Assembly: GCA_002402995.1 (NCBI GenBank)
Contig: DHGX01000003.1
Location: 82,309-146,308, forward strand
Origin: Patescibacteria group bacterium UBA4787
GTDB lineage: Bacteria > Patescibacteriota > Patescibacteriia > UBA2591 > UBA4787
DNA length: 64,000 bases
Direction: 5' to 3'
Under the pieces are notes generated by a model, which saw nothing but the letters and a program-made list of their open reading frames with translations, had not been told where the DNA came from and did no database searches. Below, one piece after another: positions 1 through 7,891 of the stretch (positions are counted from its first letter, which is position 1; every line of letters starts with the position of its first letter). The position numbers and the translations under genes were made by a program.

Positions 1-425
1 TTTTCCACTACTACCGAGGAAAGATTTTTCTCGCGTGAAACAACCCATCGAACTGGGTGATTATTTTCCGCGAGCTTTTTTTTGATATTTAGGGCTACTT
101 CGGCTAAACGATTAATTTTATTATTTTCAGTATAAACACTGAAACCGAAATAAATTTTACCAGAATATTTTATTAAGTAATTAAGGACCAGTTTTTCTAA
201 TTCTGCCCGATTTTTTATTTTATCTAAAATTATCCCGACCTTAATTACGCCACCCAATTGTTTTATATGTTCGTCTAAATTTAAGATTTGATCGTCCGCA
301 TCAACAATTAAAAAATTTTCATCGGCCGATACCAGATTAAAATTTATTTTGTTTTTGATGAGATAGGCGTCCAGTTCGGCTATTGACAAACTTGGATTAC
401 GGCCTAAAATAAAAAAATATTTCAT
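1..425 (-). CDS. Partial CDS (runs off window start); probable Trm11-like/THUMP RNA methyltransferase
   Basis: ATG at 425 reads MKYFFILGRNPSLSIAELDA and the window edge reads RWVVSREKNLSSVVVE; resembles the N-terminus of CPR Trm11-like methyltransferases; the SAM domain would lie outside the window. Confidence 0.55.
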   Translation of the reverse strand, partial: MKYFFILGRNPSLSIAELDAYLIKNKINFNLVSADENFLIVDADDQILNLDEHIKQLGGVIKVGIILDKIKNRAELEKLVLNYLIKYSGKIYFGFSVYTENNKINRLAEVALNIKKKLAENNHPVRWVVSREKNLSSVVVE

Positions 426-476
426 GTCCTTTATTATACCTGAATTTAACATCTTGCTCAAATTCTTAGTTTTTGG

Positions 477-565
477 TATAATTGGTAGCGAGGAGTTCAA
501 ATAAATCCGCCAGCTGGCGGATTTGATTTGACTCCGAGCGCCCCAATTTCACGAGCGAAGCGAGT
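477..565 (+). repeat. TATAAT-adjacent hairpin leader; similar copy at 61480-61559
   Basis: TATAATTGGT..AGCG..GGA-hairpin-TCCG..AGCG..CCAATTTCAC..GCGAAGCGAGT at both sites; this copy also contains the palindrome ATCCGCCAGCTGGCGGAT. Confidence 0.6.
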
Positions 566-603
566 TTAATTAAATTCTTAAATTAAAATTACTTAAATTA
601 ATT

Positions 604-1074
604 ATGTACGACCTACTCTATATTATTCCCACGCCTTATACGGAAACAGACCTTCCGGCCATACAAAAAGGAATCGTTGCGGCGATTGAAAATTTGGGCG
701 GCAAAATTGTTAAAGAAGAAAATCTTGGCAGCAAGAAATTGGCTTATCCTATAAAGCTCGTGCGCCGAGGATTTTATATTTTAGTCGTTTTTGAAGTAGC
801 CAAAGATAAATTAGCTGAACTTAATAAGCAATTTATGTTAATGCCGGAAATTTTGCGTTTTCAAATAACCATCAAACTTAAGGAACAATTGAGAAAAAGG
901 AGAACACCCCGTCCAAAAATAAAAATCGACGAAGAGATAATAATTGAAGAGAAACACGAGACCGAAGATAAAAAAGAACCATCAGCTCCCAAAGAACGGA
1001 AAGAGCATATAAAATTAGAGGATCTGGACGACAAAGACTTGGATCAAAAAATCGACGATTTATTAAAAATCTAA
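604..1074 (+). CDS. rpsF: 30S ribosomal protein S6 with charged C-terminal extension
   Basis: YDLLYII...GSKKLAYPIK...GFY motif; rpsF-ssb-rpsR order. Confidence 0.95.
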   Translation: MYDLLYIIPTPYTETDLPAIQKGIVAAIENLGGKIVKEENLGSKKLAYPIKLVRRGFYILVVFEVAKDKLAELNKQFMLMPEILRFQITIKLKEQLRKRRTPRPKIKIDEEIIIEEKHETEDKKEPSAPKERKEHIKLEDLDDKDLDQKIDDLLKI

Positions 1075-1093
1075 ATTTAATAATTTATTTTTT

Positions 1094-1528
1094 ATGAATA
1101 TAAATAGAGCATTGATTTGCGGGAATACGACAAGAGATCCAGAGGTAAAGACTATCCCCAGCGGACAAAATGTCGCGACTTTTTCCGTGGCCACCAACCG
1201 CACTTGGACTAATAAAAGCGGGCAAAAACAGGAAGAAGTTGATTTTCATAATATCGTTGCGTGGGGAAGGCTCGCGGAAATTGTTGGCCAATATTTAAAA
1301 AAAGGACAGATAGTTTTTGTGGAAGGCCGGATTCATACTCGAAGTTGGGAAGATCAAAGCGGTAACAAAAAATATCGTACAGAAATTATTGCTGAAAAAG
1401 TTCAGCTGGGGCCTCGATCGGGCATGGCAAGAAATGAATCAGCCGAAGAACGTTCCACGGAAATTCACGAAGAGGTTGAACCAAGCAAAACTGAAGAAGA
1501 AATTAACGTTGACGAAATTCCATTCTAA
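1094..1528 (+). CDS. ssb: Single-stranded DNA-binding protein
   Basis: MNINRALICGNTTRDPE, VEGRIHTRSW, C-terminal DEIPF. Confidence 0.97.
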   Translation: MNINRALICGNTTRDPEVKTIPSGQNVATFSVATNRTWTNKSGQKQEEVDFHNIVAWGRLAEIVGQYLKKGQIVFVEGRIHTRSWEDQSGNKKYRTEIIAEKVQLGPRSGMARNESAEERSTEIHEEVEPSKTEEEINVDEIPF

Positions 1529-1552
1529 AATAAATTAAGATAATAATATTCT

Positions 1553-1825
1553 ATGTTTAATAAAAATAGTCCAACCAGAACTAACAGAACTAATAGAACC
1601 AACAGGAACGTTCAACAGATCCAACAAAAACATTGTTATTTTTGTGTAAACAGCATCAATGATATAGATTATAAAAACATTGAGTTGCTAAGACGTTTTT
1701 TATCTTCTTATTATAAAATATTGCCACGACGCAAAAGAGGCACTTGCGCCAAACATCAGAGAAGATTGGCCGATGCTATAAAAAGAGCAAGATTTATGGC
1801 TTTGGTTCCTTTCATTAAACAATAG
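1553..1825 (+). CDS. rpsR: 30S ribosomal protein S18 (zinc-binding type)
   Basis: CYFC...[12 protein letters not shown]...[26 protein letters not shown]. Confidence 0.96.
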   Translation: MFNKNSPTRTNRTNRTNRNVQQIQQKHCYFCVNSINDIDYKNIELLRRFLSSYYKILPRRKRGTCAKHQRRLADAIKRARFMALVPFIKQ

Positions 1826-1887
1826 GAACGAATTATGAATTAGGAATATAGAATTAGGAATATGGAAGTTTTTAAATTCTATATTCT

Positions 1888-1941
1888 ACCCCGAACCACG
1901 CCGGGTTCGGGGTAGCCCAGCACCCTACGTGGTGCTGGGCT
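1888..1941 (+). repeat. Double-hairpin REP-like repeat; copies at 48257-48310 (+) and 60228-60281 (-)
   Basis: ACCCCGAACCACGCCGGGTTCGGGGT followed by AGCCCAGCACCCTACGTGGTGCTGGGCT; three near-identical intergenic copies within TTCTA-type heptamer tracts. Confidence 0.85.
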
Positions 1942-1982
1942 AAATTCTAGATTCTACTTTCTATTTTCTAACTTCTAATTTC

Positions 1983-2543
1983 ATGTTAGACATTAACGAC
2001 TTAAAAAAAATTGGCACCATTATTCAAATTGAAGATCAGCCATATTCGGTGGTTGAAGCTCAGCATGCGCGAGCCGCTCGAGGGAGGGCGTTTGTCCGCA
2101 CCAAACTTAAAAATTTAATTACCGGATCGACACTGGAGAAAACATTTAACGCTTCGGATAAAGTCAAAGAAGCAGATGTCGAAAGGATAAGGGCTAATTT
2201 TTTATATCGAGACGGAGAAGCCTTTGTTTTTATGGAGAATAAAAACTATGAGCAATTTTTTCTATCACAGCAAATTTTAGGAGGCCAGGAAATTTTTTTA
2301 AAAGATAATACAGAAGTGATGCTGGTTTTATTTAATAAGCAACCGATAAACATCGAATTACCCAAAAAGATAGAGTTAAAAGTTGTTTCCGCGCCGCCCG
2401 GAGTTAAAGGGAACACTGCTTCCGGCGCCAGCAAGGTTGCTACATTAGAAACCGGCCTGGATATTTTGGTTCCGCTTTTTATTAATGAGGGCGATATTGT
2501 AAGAATCAACACCGAAAAAGGCGAATATTTAGAAAGAGTTTAA
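1983..2543 (+). CDS. efp: Elongation factor P
   Basis: AFVRTKLKNLITG, PGVKGNTASG, ATLETG...VPLFINEGD...INT..GEY. Confidence 0.95.
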   Translation: MLDINDLKKIGTIIQIEDQPYSVVEAQHARAARGRAFVRTKLKNLITGSTLEKTFNASDKVKEADVERIRANFLYRDGEAFVFMENKNYEQFFLSQQILGGQEIFLKDNTEVMLVLFNKQPINIELPKKIELKVVSAPPGVKGNTASGASKVATLETGLDILVPLFINEGDIVRINTEKGEYLERV

Positions 2544-2593
2544 TCTGCTTAACAAAATATTTTTTAATATAATTGAAATGGCAAGTAGTTAGC

Positions 2594-2813
2594 GCCTCTA
2601 TAGCTCAATGGATAGAGCGCCGGTCTCCTGCCCGCCACTGCTATTGCCCCCATAGCTCATTGGATAGAGCACTAGTCTTCGGAACTAGGGATGGCGGTTC
2701 GAATCCGTCTGGGGGCAGTGGCAATGGCAGGCGGGCCTTCGCCTCGCCGAAGTGGCTTCGACCACGCAGGCGGGTCGGAACCGGTGATGGGGGTCCGATT
2801 CCCTCTGGATGCA
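2594..2813 (+). tRNA. Interrupted outer tRNA-Arg(UCG): 5' half 2594-2626, 3' half 2775-2813, 148-nt insert in the anticodon loop
   Basis: Joined halves give GCCTCTA TAGCTCAATGGATAGAGC G CCGGT CT|TCGGA ACCGG TGAT GGGGG TCCGATT CCCTC TGGATGC A; one acceptor-stem mismatch. Confidence 0.75.
2646..2717 (+). tRNA. tRNA-Arg(UCG), intact, nested within the interrupted tRNA
   Basis: GCCCCCA/TGGGGGC acceptor stem, CTAGT-CTTCGGA-ACTAG anticodon arm, GGCGG-TTCGAAT-CCGTC T arm. Confidence 0.93.
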
Positions 2814-2824
2814 TTTTTTAAATT

Positions 2825-2855
2825 AAAAAGCGGTATGATATTTTCATACCGCTTT
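2825..2855. terminator. Probable bidirectional intrinsic terminator
   Basis: AAAAAGCGGTATGA-tattt-TCATACCGCTTT between convergent tRNA and S41 peptidase gene. Confidence 0.7.
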
Positions 2856-2919
2856 ATTATTAAGTGAGCGAGTGAAGTGAAAAATGAAGTTTTTCATTTC
2901 CGAGCGAGTGCTGATAACA
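2855..2919 (+). repeat. GCGAGCG...CCGAGC hairpin repeat; copies at 49103-49165 (+) and 57884-57948 (-)
   Basis: TATTAT.AAG.GAGCGAG.GAA..AAAA(hairpin)TTTT.ATTTCCGAGC.AG.GC.GATA.CA shared by three loci. Confidence 0.75.
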
Positions 2920-2940
2920 CAGGGTAACGCCCTTTATTTT

Positions 2941-4197
2941 TCACTCGATTTCGGTTTTTAGGTGTTCGATGGCCTTTTCGACGACTGCATCGCCCTTGTC
3001 CAAATAGTCGTCAATGATCATCTTCACCTCGATGTCCGGTTTTAATCCGACGCCGCTGATATTGACTTTCTTGGGTGTGTACCACAGAAAGGATGTAACC
3101 TTGACCGCAGAGCCATCCCTGAGATCAAAGACACTTTGACCACAGCCCTTGCCGTAGGTCGTTTCGCCGATCAATTTGGCTGAAACAATGTCGCGTAAGA
3201 TGCCGGACAAGATCTCACTGGCTGAAGCAGTGTTCTTGTTTACCAGAACTACGATCGGTAGACCCATTAAGGTCTTTCTCGTATAGGCTGTGGTAAACTT
3301 CATTTTGTTTTTGGAGAGCTGTTCGTAGTAAATATCCAGGCTATCTCCTAAGAATAAACCGCTGATTAAAAGGGTTTGTGTCACCAGCCCGCCACCATTG
3401 TTGCGTAGGTCAAGAATAACGCCTTCGGCTTTGTTGGCGATCAGACTGTCAGCGGCTTCGCGCATTTGGTTGAAAGCCAATTCGTTGAATATTGTTAACT
3501 TGATGTAGCCGAGATTGCGCGCGCCACTCTTGACGATTGACCATTCAACGGCTTTAAAGACGATTTTGGCTCTCTTGACTTTCAGGGTAACGACCTCTGA
3601 AGATCCCTTGCGTCGAATAGTGAGATTGACGGTAGTGCCCTCCGGTCCCTTGATTAGAGAAATGATCTTGTTTGTGGTCAGCCCGCGGCAGTTATGCTCA
3701 TTAACTTTGAGCAGGTAATCGCCTACGTTGATGCCGGCATTTTTCGCTGGACCGTCGTAAAGTTCAATGAAGCGGGGCGTGATCGTATCTTTTTTGCCGT
3801 AACCTATCGCCGCTCCAATGCCGTAGAAGCTTGTTTCTTCTTTCATTTCGAGACGAAATTTTTTAGCTTCTTCGGGTTCGTAGAAGCAGGTATAGCGATC
3901 AAAAAGCTGGGCGACTTTTTCGAGACCGTCATAGATTAGGCTTTCTTGGCTGGCGGGGTTTGTTTTTATTTCCCGACTGACTCTTTGCCAGATTGCCTTT
4001 GCTGAATCATTGGGCGTTGAATCCGGCTTAACATAGTTGGTTCTTAACAGAGCGTAAACGCCCCAATAATAACAGGAATCTATAGCGATGGAATTGGTTT
4101 TGGCAGTAGTATCTTTCGGCGCTGTCTGCGCGATTAAGCTGGGGGCAGCGACCGTCATAAACACGGCCGCTAAAACCAGGTAAACCAACTTCTTCAT
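2941..4197 (-). CDS. S41 C-terminal processing peptidase (PDZ + catalytic domain) with signal peptide
   Basis: GIGA PDZ loop, ILDLRNNGGG, TASASEI, GETTYGKG, GLKPDI. Confidence 0.93.
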   Translation of the reverse strand: MKKLVYLVLAAVFMTVAAPSLIAQTAPKDTTAKTNSIAIDSCYYWGVYALLRTNYVKPDSTPNDSAKAIWQRVSREIKTNPASQESLIYDGLEKVAQLFDRYTCFYEPEEAKKFRLEMKEETSFYGIGAAIGYGKKDTITPRFIELYDGPAKNAGINVGDYLLKVNEHNCRGLTTNKIISLIKGPEGTTVNLTIRRKGSSEVVTLKVKRAKIVFKAVEWSIVKSGARNLGYIKLTIFNELAFNQMREAADSLIANKAEGVILDLRNNGGGLVTQTLLISGLFLGDSLDIYYEQLSKNKMKFTTAYTRKTLMGLPIVVLVNKNTASASEILSGILRDIVSAKLIGETTYGKGCGQSVFDLRDGSAVKVTSFLWYTPKKVNISGVGLKPDIEVKMIIDDYLDKGDAVVEKAIEHLKTEIE

Positions 4198-4205
4198 AGG
4201 TCTAT

Positions 4206-4275
4206 CTCCTTTTGTATTTTTTGATTTTTAATGATCTAATAATTTAATTTTAGCAGAAAATTAGCATTTTGTCAA
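4206..4275 (-). promoter_or_regulatory. Sigma70 promoter + boxA-like motif + SD for S41 gene
   Basis: Minus strand: TTGACA(4275-4270)-17-TAAAAT, AGATCATTAA(4237-4228), AAGGAG. Confidence 0.75.
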
Positions 4276-4380
4276 CCCCGCCTAAATTTTAAATAACCGT
4301 TTTTAAATAAATTTCATAGCGTGTTTTGTGAATACCAGCCCTTGTTTCTAATAGAAATACTATATTAAAATTTGGGCGGG
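4276..4380. mobile_element. MITE-like TIR element abutting a -35 box
   Basis: CCCGCCTAAATTTTAA ... TTAAAATTTGGGCGGG. Confidence 0.6.
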
Positions 4381-4532
4381 TAGGGAGGAAAAGTTGCGTG
4401 AATTTTTGACGAAAAGGTTATTTTTAGTAGTATTATTAATACTAATCATAACTATATTCTCTTTGAGTTTTAGGTTTTAGGCTTTAAGTTTTATATTTCA
4501 AGTTTTGACTTCTATTTTCTACTTTCTATTTT

Positions 4533-4600
4533 CCCCCGACGCTTTGGTCGGGATCCTCGATTTCTTTATCAAATCAAAAGATTTGGAAGAAATCGGGATA
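4533..4600 (+). repeat. Composite hairpin repeat; copy at 48316-48383
   Basis: CCCGACGCTTTGGTCGGGATCCTCGATTTCTTTATCAAATCAAAAGATTTGGAAGAAATCGGGATA lies just upstream of rarA, and a near-identical copy lies upstream of nrdG. Confidence 0.85.
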
Positions 4601-4612
4601 AATTCTAAGCGT

Positions 4613-5923
4613 ATGGAAACTTTATTTAATCATAATCAGGAATTAGAGCATCCATTGGCCGATCGGATGAGGCCGAAGGATTTTGATGAATTTTTCGGTC
4701 AAGAAAAATTAGTAGGCGAGGGGCAAATTTTGAAGGAATTGATCAAGAAAGACCAGATTCCTTCTATGGTTTTTTGGGGACCGCCCGGTTCGGGTAAAAC
4801 CACGCTGGCGTATTTAATCGCCGAAAAAACCAAATCGCGCTTTATCAAATATTCAGCCGTTACTAATACCAGCGTGGAGGCGAAGAAAATTATGACCGAG
4901 GCAATTGACGAACAAAAAATGTATGGCCGGCGCACGATTTTATTTATTGATGAAATCCATCGTTTTAACAAAGCGCAACAAGCGGTTTTCTTGCCGTTTG
5001 TGGAAAGTGGAGCAGTTATTTTAATTGGCGCCACCACTGAGAACCCTTCTTTAGAAATTATTTCACCCCTTTTGTCGCGCGTCCGAGTTTTTGCTTTAGG
5101 GGCATTGCCGCCGGAAGCCATTGGAAAGATAATTAAACGCGCTTTAACTGACAAAAAAAACGGATTGGGAAAATATAAAATTAAACTTGATAAAAAAGCC
5201 GTAGAGATTTTAATCCAGAGCTCTAACGGCGATGCTCGCGTTCCTTTGAACGCTTTGGAAATCGCCATCAAAATTGTTAAACCGGACAAACAGCGCGTTT
5301 ATCATCTAAGCGCAGAGTTGATTAAAGAGGCCTTACAGTATCGGAATATCAGTTACGATAAGTTGGGTGATGAACATTACAATGTTGTTTCGGCCTTTAT
5401 TAAATCTATGCGAGGCGGCGATCCAAGCGCCGCGGTTTATTATTTGGCGAGAATGATTGTTGCCGGCGAAAATCCGAGATTTATCGTCCGCCGGATGATT
5501 ATTTTTGCTTCTGAAGATATCGGCGATGCTGATCCCAAGGCTTTGTTGTTGGCGATCAGCGCGGCTCAGGCCGTGGAGTTCGTGGGCCTACCGGAAGTAG
5601 AAATTGTTTTGTCCCATGTAGCTATTTATTTGGCCACAACCGCGAAGAGCAATCGTACTTATCAAGCGCTTTTGGCCGCCAAAGAAGATGTGGAGAAATA
5701 TCTGAATCTACCTGTGCCGCTTCATTTGCGTAACGCCGTGACTCCTTTACTTGAAAAAATAGGCTATGGCAAAGATTATCTCTATCCGCACAATTTCCCC
5801 GACGGAAAAGTTGAACAAGTTTACCTGCCCGCTAGCCTGCGCAACAAAGAATATTACCGACCTGAACATTTATTAAAAAATAATAAAAAAGAAAAGGATA
5901 TTAAGGGTCAAGTGGTAAGCTAG
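4613..5923 (+). CDS. rarA: Replication-associated recombination protein A (AAA+ ATPase)
   Basis: PLADRMRP, GPPGSGKTT, LFIDEIHRFNKAQQ, GATTENPS, SAFIKSMRG; start moved to ATG 4613 because the upstream part of the ORF is repeat DNA. Confidence 0.95.
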   Translation: METLFNHNQELEHPLADRMRPKDFDEFFGQEKLVGEGQILKELIKKDQIPSMVFWGPPGSGKTTLAYLIAEKTKSRFIKYSAVTNTSVEAKKIMTEAIDEQKMYGRRTILFIDEIHRFNKAQQAVFLPFVESGAVILIGATTENPSLEIISPLLSRVRVFALGALPPEAIGKIIKRALTDKKNGLGKYKIKLDKKAVEILIQSSNGDARVPLNALEIAIKIVKPDKQRVYHLSAELIKEALQYRNISYDKLGDEHYNVVSAFIKSMRGGDPSAAVYYLARMIVAGENPRFIVRRMIIFASEDIGDADPKALLLAISAAQAVEFVGLPEVEIVLSHVAIYLATTAKSNRTYQALLAAKEDVEKYLNLPVPLHLRNAVTPLLEKIGYGKDYLYPHNFPDGKVEQVYLPASLRNKEYYRPEHLLKNNKKEKDIKGQVVS

Positions 5924-5933
5924 GCAGGCGGGC

Positions 5934-5996
5934 CTGCCGGATAAATTGCGAGACCGCAAATATTATCAACCCAAAATTAAGAGTTTAAAATCATAA
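5934..5996 (+). pseudogene. Second, untranslated RarA C-terminus (LPDKLRDRKYYQPKIKSLKS*)
   Basis: Homologous to the translated LPASLRNKEYYRP; follows the palindrome arm GCTAGGCAGGCGGG. Confidence 0.75.
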
Positions 5997-6012
5997 ACCA
6001 TATTTTTAATTT

Positions 6013-6666
6013 ATGAGATTGCTTTTACATACGTGTTGCGCCACCTGCGGTTCTTATGTGGCCAAATTATTGCAAAATGACTTTTCGGTTGATGTGTTTT
6101 TCTATAATCCAAATATTTACCCGCGCGAAGAACATGAAAGAAGACTAACAGACGTCAAAAAGTTTTGCGATGCTTACGATATTAAATTAATTGAAGGCGA
6201 ATATAATCATCAAAGCTGGCTTGATTATATTAAGGGCTTTGAGGCTTCGCCTGAACAAGGAGAGCGTTGTTTCCGCTGTTATGAATTTCGTTTAAGAAAA
6301 ACAGCCGAATACGCTAAAAATAATAGTTATGATTTTTTTACCACCACGCTTTCCGTTAGTCCTCATAAAAAAGTCGACATTATTAATAAATTAGGGATTG
6401 ATTTGGCCGTAGAAGCGAATGTAAACCCCGTTAGAGATTCAGCCAAACTTATGTTTTTTGAGAAGTACGGAGGCGAAGCCGCCTTACGGCTACCATTTAA
6501 CTATCATTACGTTCAATCCCAAATCTCTAACGGGGTAAAATTTTACGAGGCGGATTTTAAGAAAAAGGACGGCTTTAAAAAGAGTATTGAACGCGCCAAG
6601 GAATTTGATTTTTATCGTCAAAATTATTGCGGTTGCGAATTTTCCAACCCCCGTGGAAAACAATAA
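6013..6666 (+). CDS. queH: Epoxyqueuosine reductase QueH-like protein with 38-codon in-frame insertion
   Basis: LLLHTCCATC, FFYNPNIYP, RCFRCYEFRL, TTLSVSPHK, YRQNYCGCEFS. Confidence 0.9.
   Translation: MRLLLHTCCATCGSYVAKLLQNDFSVDVFFYNPNIYPREEHERRLTDVKKFCDAYDIKLIEGEYNHQSWLDYIKGFEASPEQGERCFRCYEFRLRKTAEYAKNNSYDFFTTTLSVSPHKKVDIINKLGIDLAVEANVNPVRDSAKLMFFEKYGGEAALRLPFNYHYVQSQISNGVKFYEADFKKKDGFKKSIERAKEFDFYRQNYCGCEFSNPRGKQ
6426..6535. mobile_element. 110-bp TIR element inserted in frame in queH
   Basis: TAAA-CCCCGTTAGAGATT...AATCTCTAACGGGG-TAAA; 110+4=114 nt. Confidence 0.85.
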
Positions 6667-6755
6667 AAACTTTTCAATTTTTGTTTTTATGATATACTTA
6701 ATCTTTAATTCGTAATTTATTTGTTTTCTAGCTTCTACTTACTATTTTCTAACTC

Positions 6756-7106
6756 ATGAACCCCGAACATTGGGAAGATATAATTGGAAAAATAAAAGAC
6801 AAATTTAACGATGCTGTCCACGTTAAAGAAGATTTTGTGATTGAAGAAAATAATATGGGGGAAAAAATTATGGGCGAGATGGAAAGGATTGAATTTACGT
6901 CGCCTGTCGGTAAAATTCGTCTGGAAAAAATTAAAAAACCAGCGATTTTGGGTAAACGCCTTTTATATTCTAACCGGATAGGCAGTGAGACAAAAGTCGA
7001 CCGCGTTTACTCTAATGAAGACATGGTTGAGCATATAAATATCTATCGTTTGAATGAAACAGAGAACGAGTGGATTAAATTAGACGAGCACAATTTGTCT
7101 CTTTAA
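6756..7106 (+). CDS. Hypothetical protein
   Basis: 116-aa ORF, co-oriented with neighbours. Confidence 0.7.
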   Translation: MNPEHWEDIIGKIKDKFNDAVHVKEDFVIEENNMGEKIMGEMERIEFTSPVGKIRLEKIKKPAILGKRLLYSNRIGSETKVDRVYSNEDMVEHINIYRLNETENEWIKLDEHNLSL

Positions 7107-7150
7107 ATTTTGTTTCTTAGTTCGTAATTCTACTTTCTACTTTCTAACCT

Positions 7151-7891
7151 ATGCTTCGTTGGATAAAAAACCCGCCATTTATTTTTCCGATTGTTATCGG
7201 CTCGATTCTATTTTTGGTTTTCAATATATGGCTTTTTAGCCAGTATTATAAGTATATTTTATTTGTCGGCTTAATTGTTTTATTTGTCTTTTTTATTTTA
7301 ATATTTATTCTTTTTTTAGATAATAAATTAAAAAAATATTGGCCGATATTCCTTCAGCTTATATTATTCGTTTTAATGGCTTATTTTTTCACATTTTTTA
7401 TCTCACGGATACGCGAACATTTAATTTTTTCTATTGTTGTCACTTTTTTATTTTGGATTCTCTTGGAAAATTTGCGCAGATTTTTTTATCAGCCACGGCT
7501 TTATCGTTTTGAGTTTCTTAGAAATTTAACTCCTTGGTTAAATTTTGTTATCGGATTTTGCGGTTTCTCTATTTTAAACGGCCTAGCCTTGCTTTATCGG
7601 ATTCCGCAATTATTTCTTCTACCTTTTGTTTTTTTATTAAGCTTTTGGTTGTATTATTTTTTCATATATCTTGAACGACTGGCTCCAGAAAATGAGCCCA
7701 ACCTAACGATCCCTAAATATGATTGGCAATCGATTCTAGTTTTTTGTCTGGCTATTTCGGAAATATATATTGTTCTGAATTTTTTGCCCACCACTTTTCA
7801 CTTGAACGGTTTAATAGAAATCACATTTTTAAATTTAATCTATTATTTATGGAAAAACCATCAAAAAAAATATCCATCGCCAACGATTTAG
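7151..7891 (+). CDS. Multi-pass membrane protein
   Basis: About 8 hydrophobic segments. Confidence 0.75.
   Translation: MLRWIKNPPFIFPIVIGSILFLVFNIWLFSQYYKYILFVGLIVLFVFFILIFILFLDNKLKKYWPIFLQLILFVLMAYFFTFFISRIREHLIFSIVVTFLFWILLENLRRFFYQPRLYRFEFLRNLTPWLNFVIGFCGFSILNGLALLYRIPQLFLLPFVFLLSFWLYYFFIYLERLAPENEPNLTIPKYDWQSILVFCLAISEIYIVLNFLPTTFHLNGLIEITFLNLIYYLWKNHQKKYPSPTI

Noticed and set aside
2573-2821. 82-aa ORF
   Set aside because: Overlies the nested tRNA structure; shadow ORF.
4505-4612. N-terminal extension of rarA; similar extensions of nrdG (48113-48394) and the kinase-like gene (43959-44093)
   Set aside because: They translate repeat or element DNA; family similarity begins at downstream ATGs.
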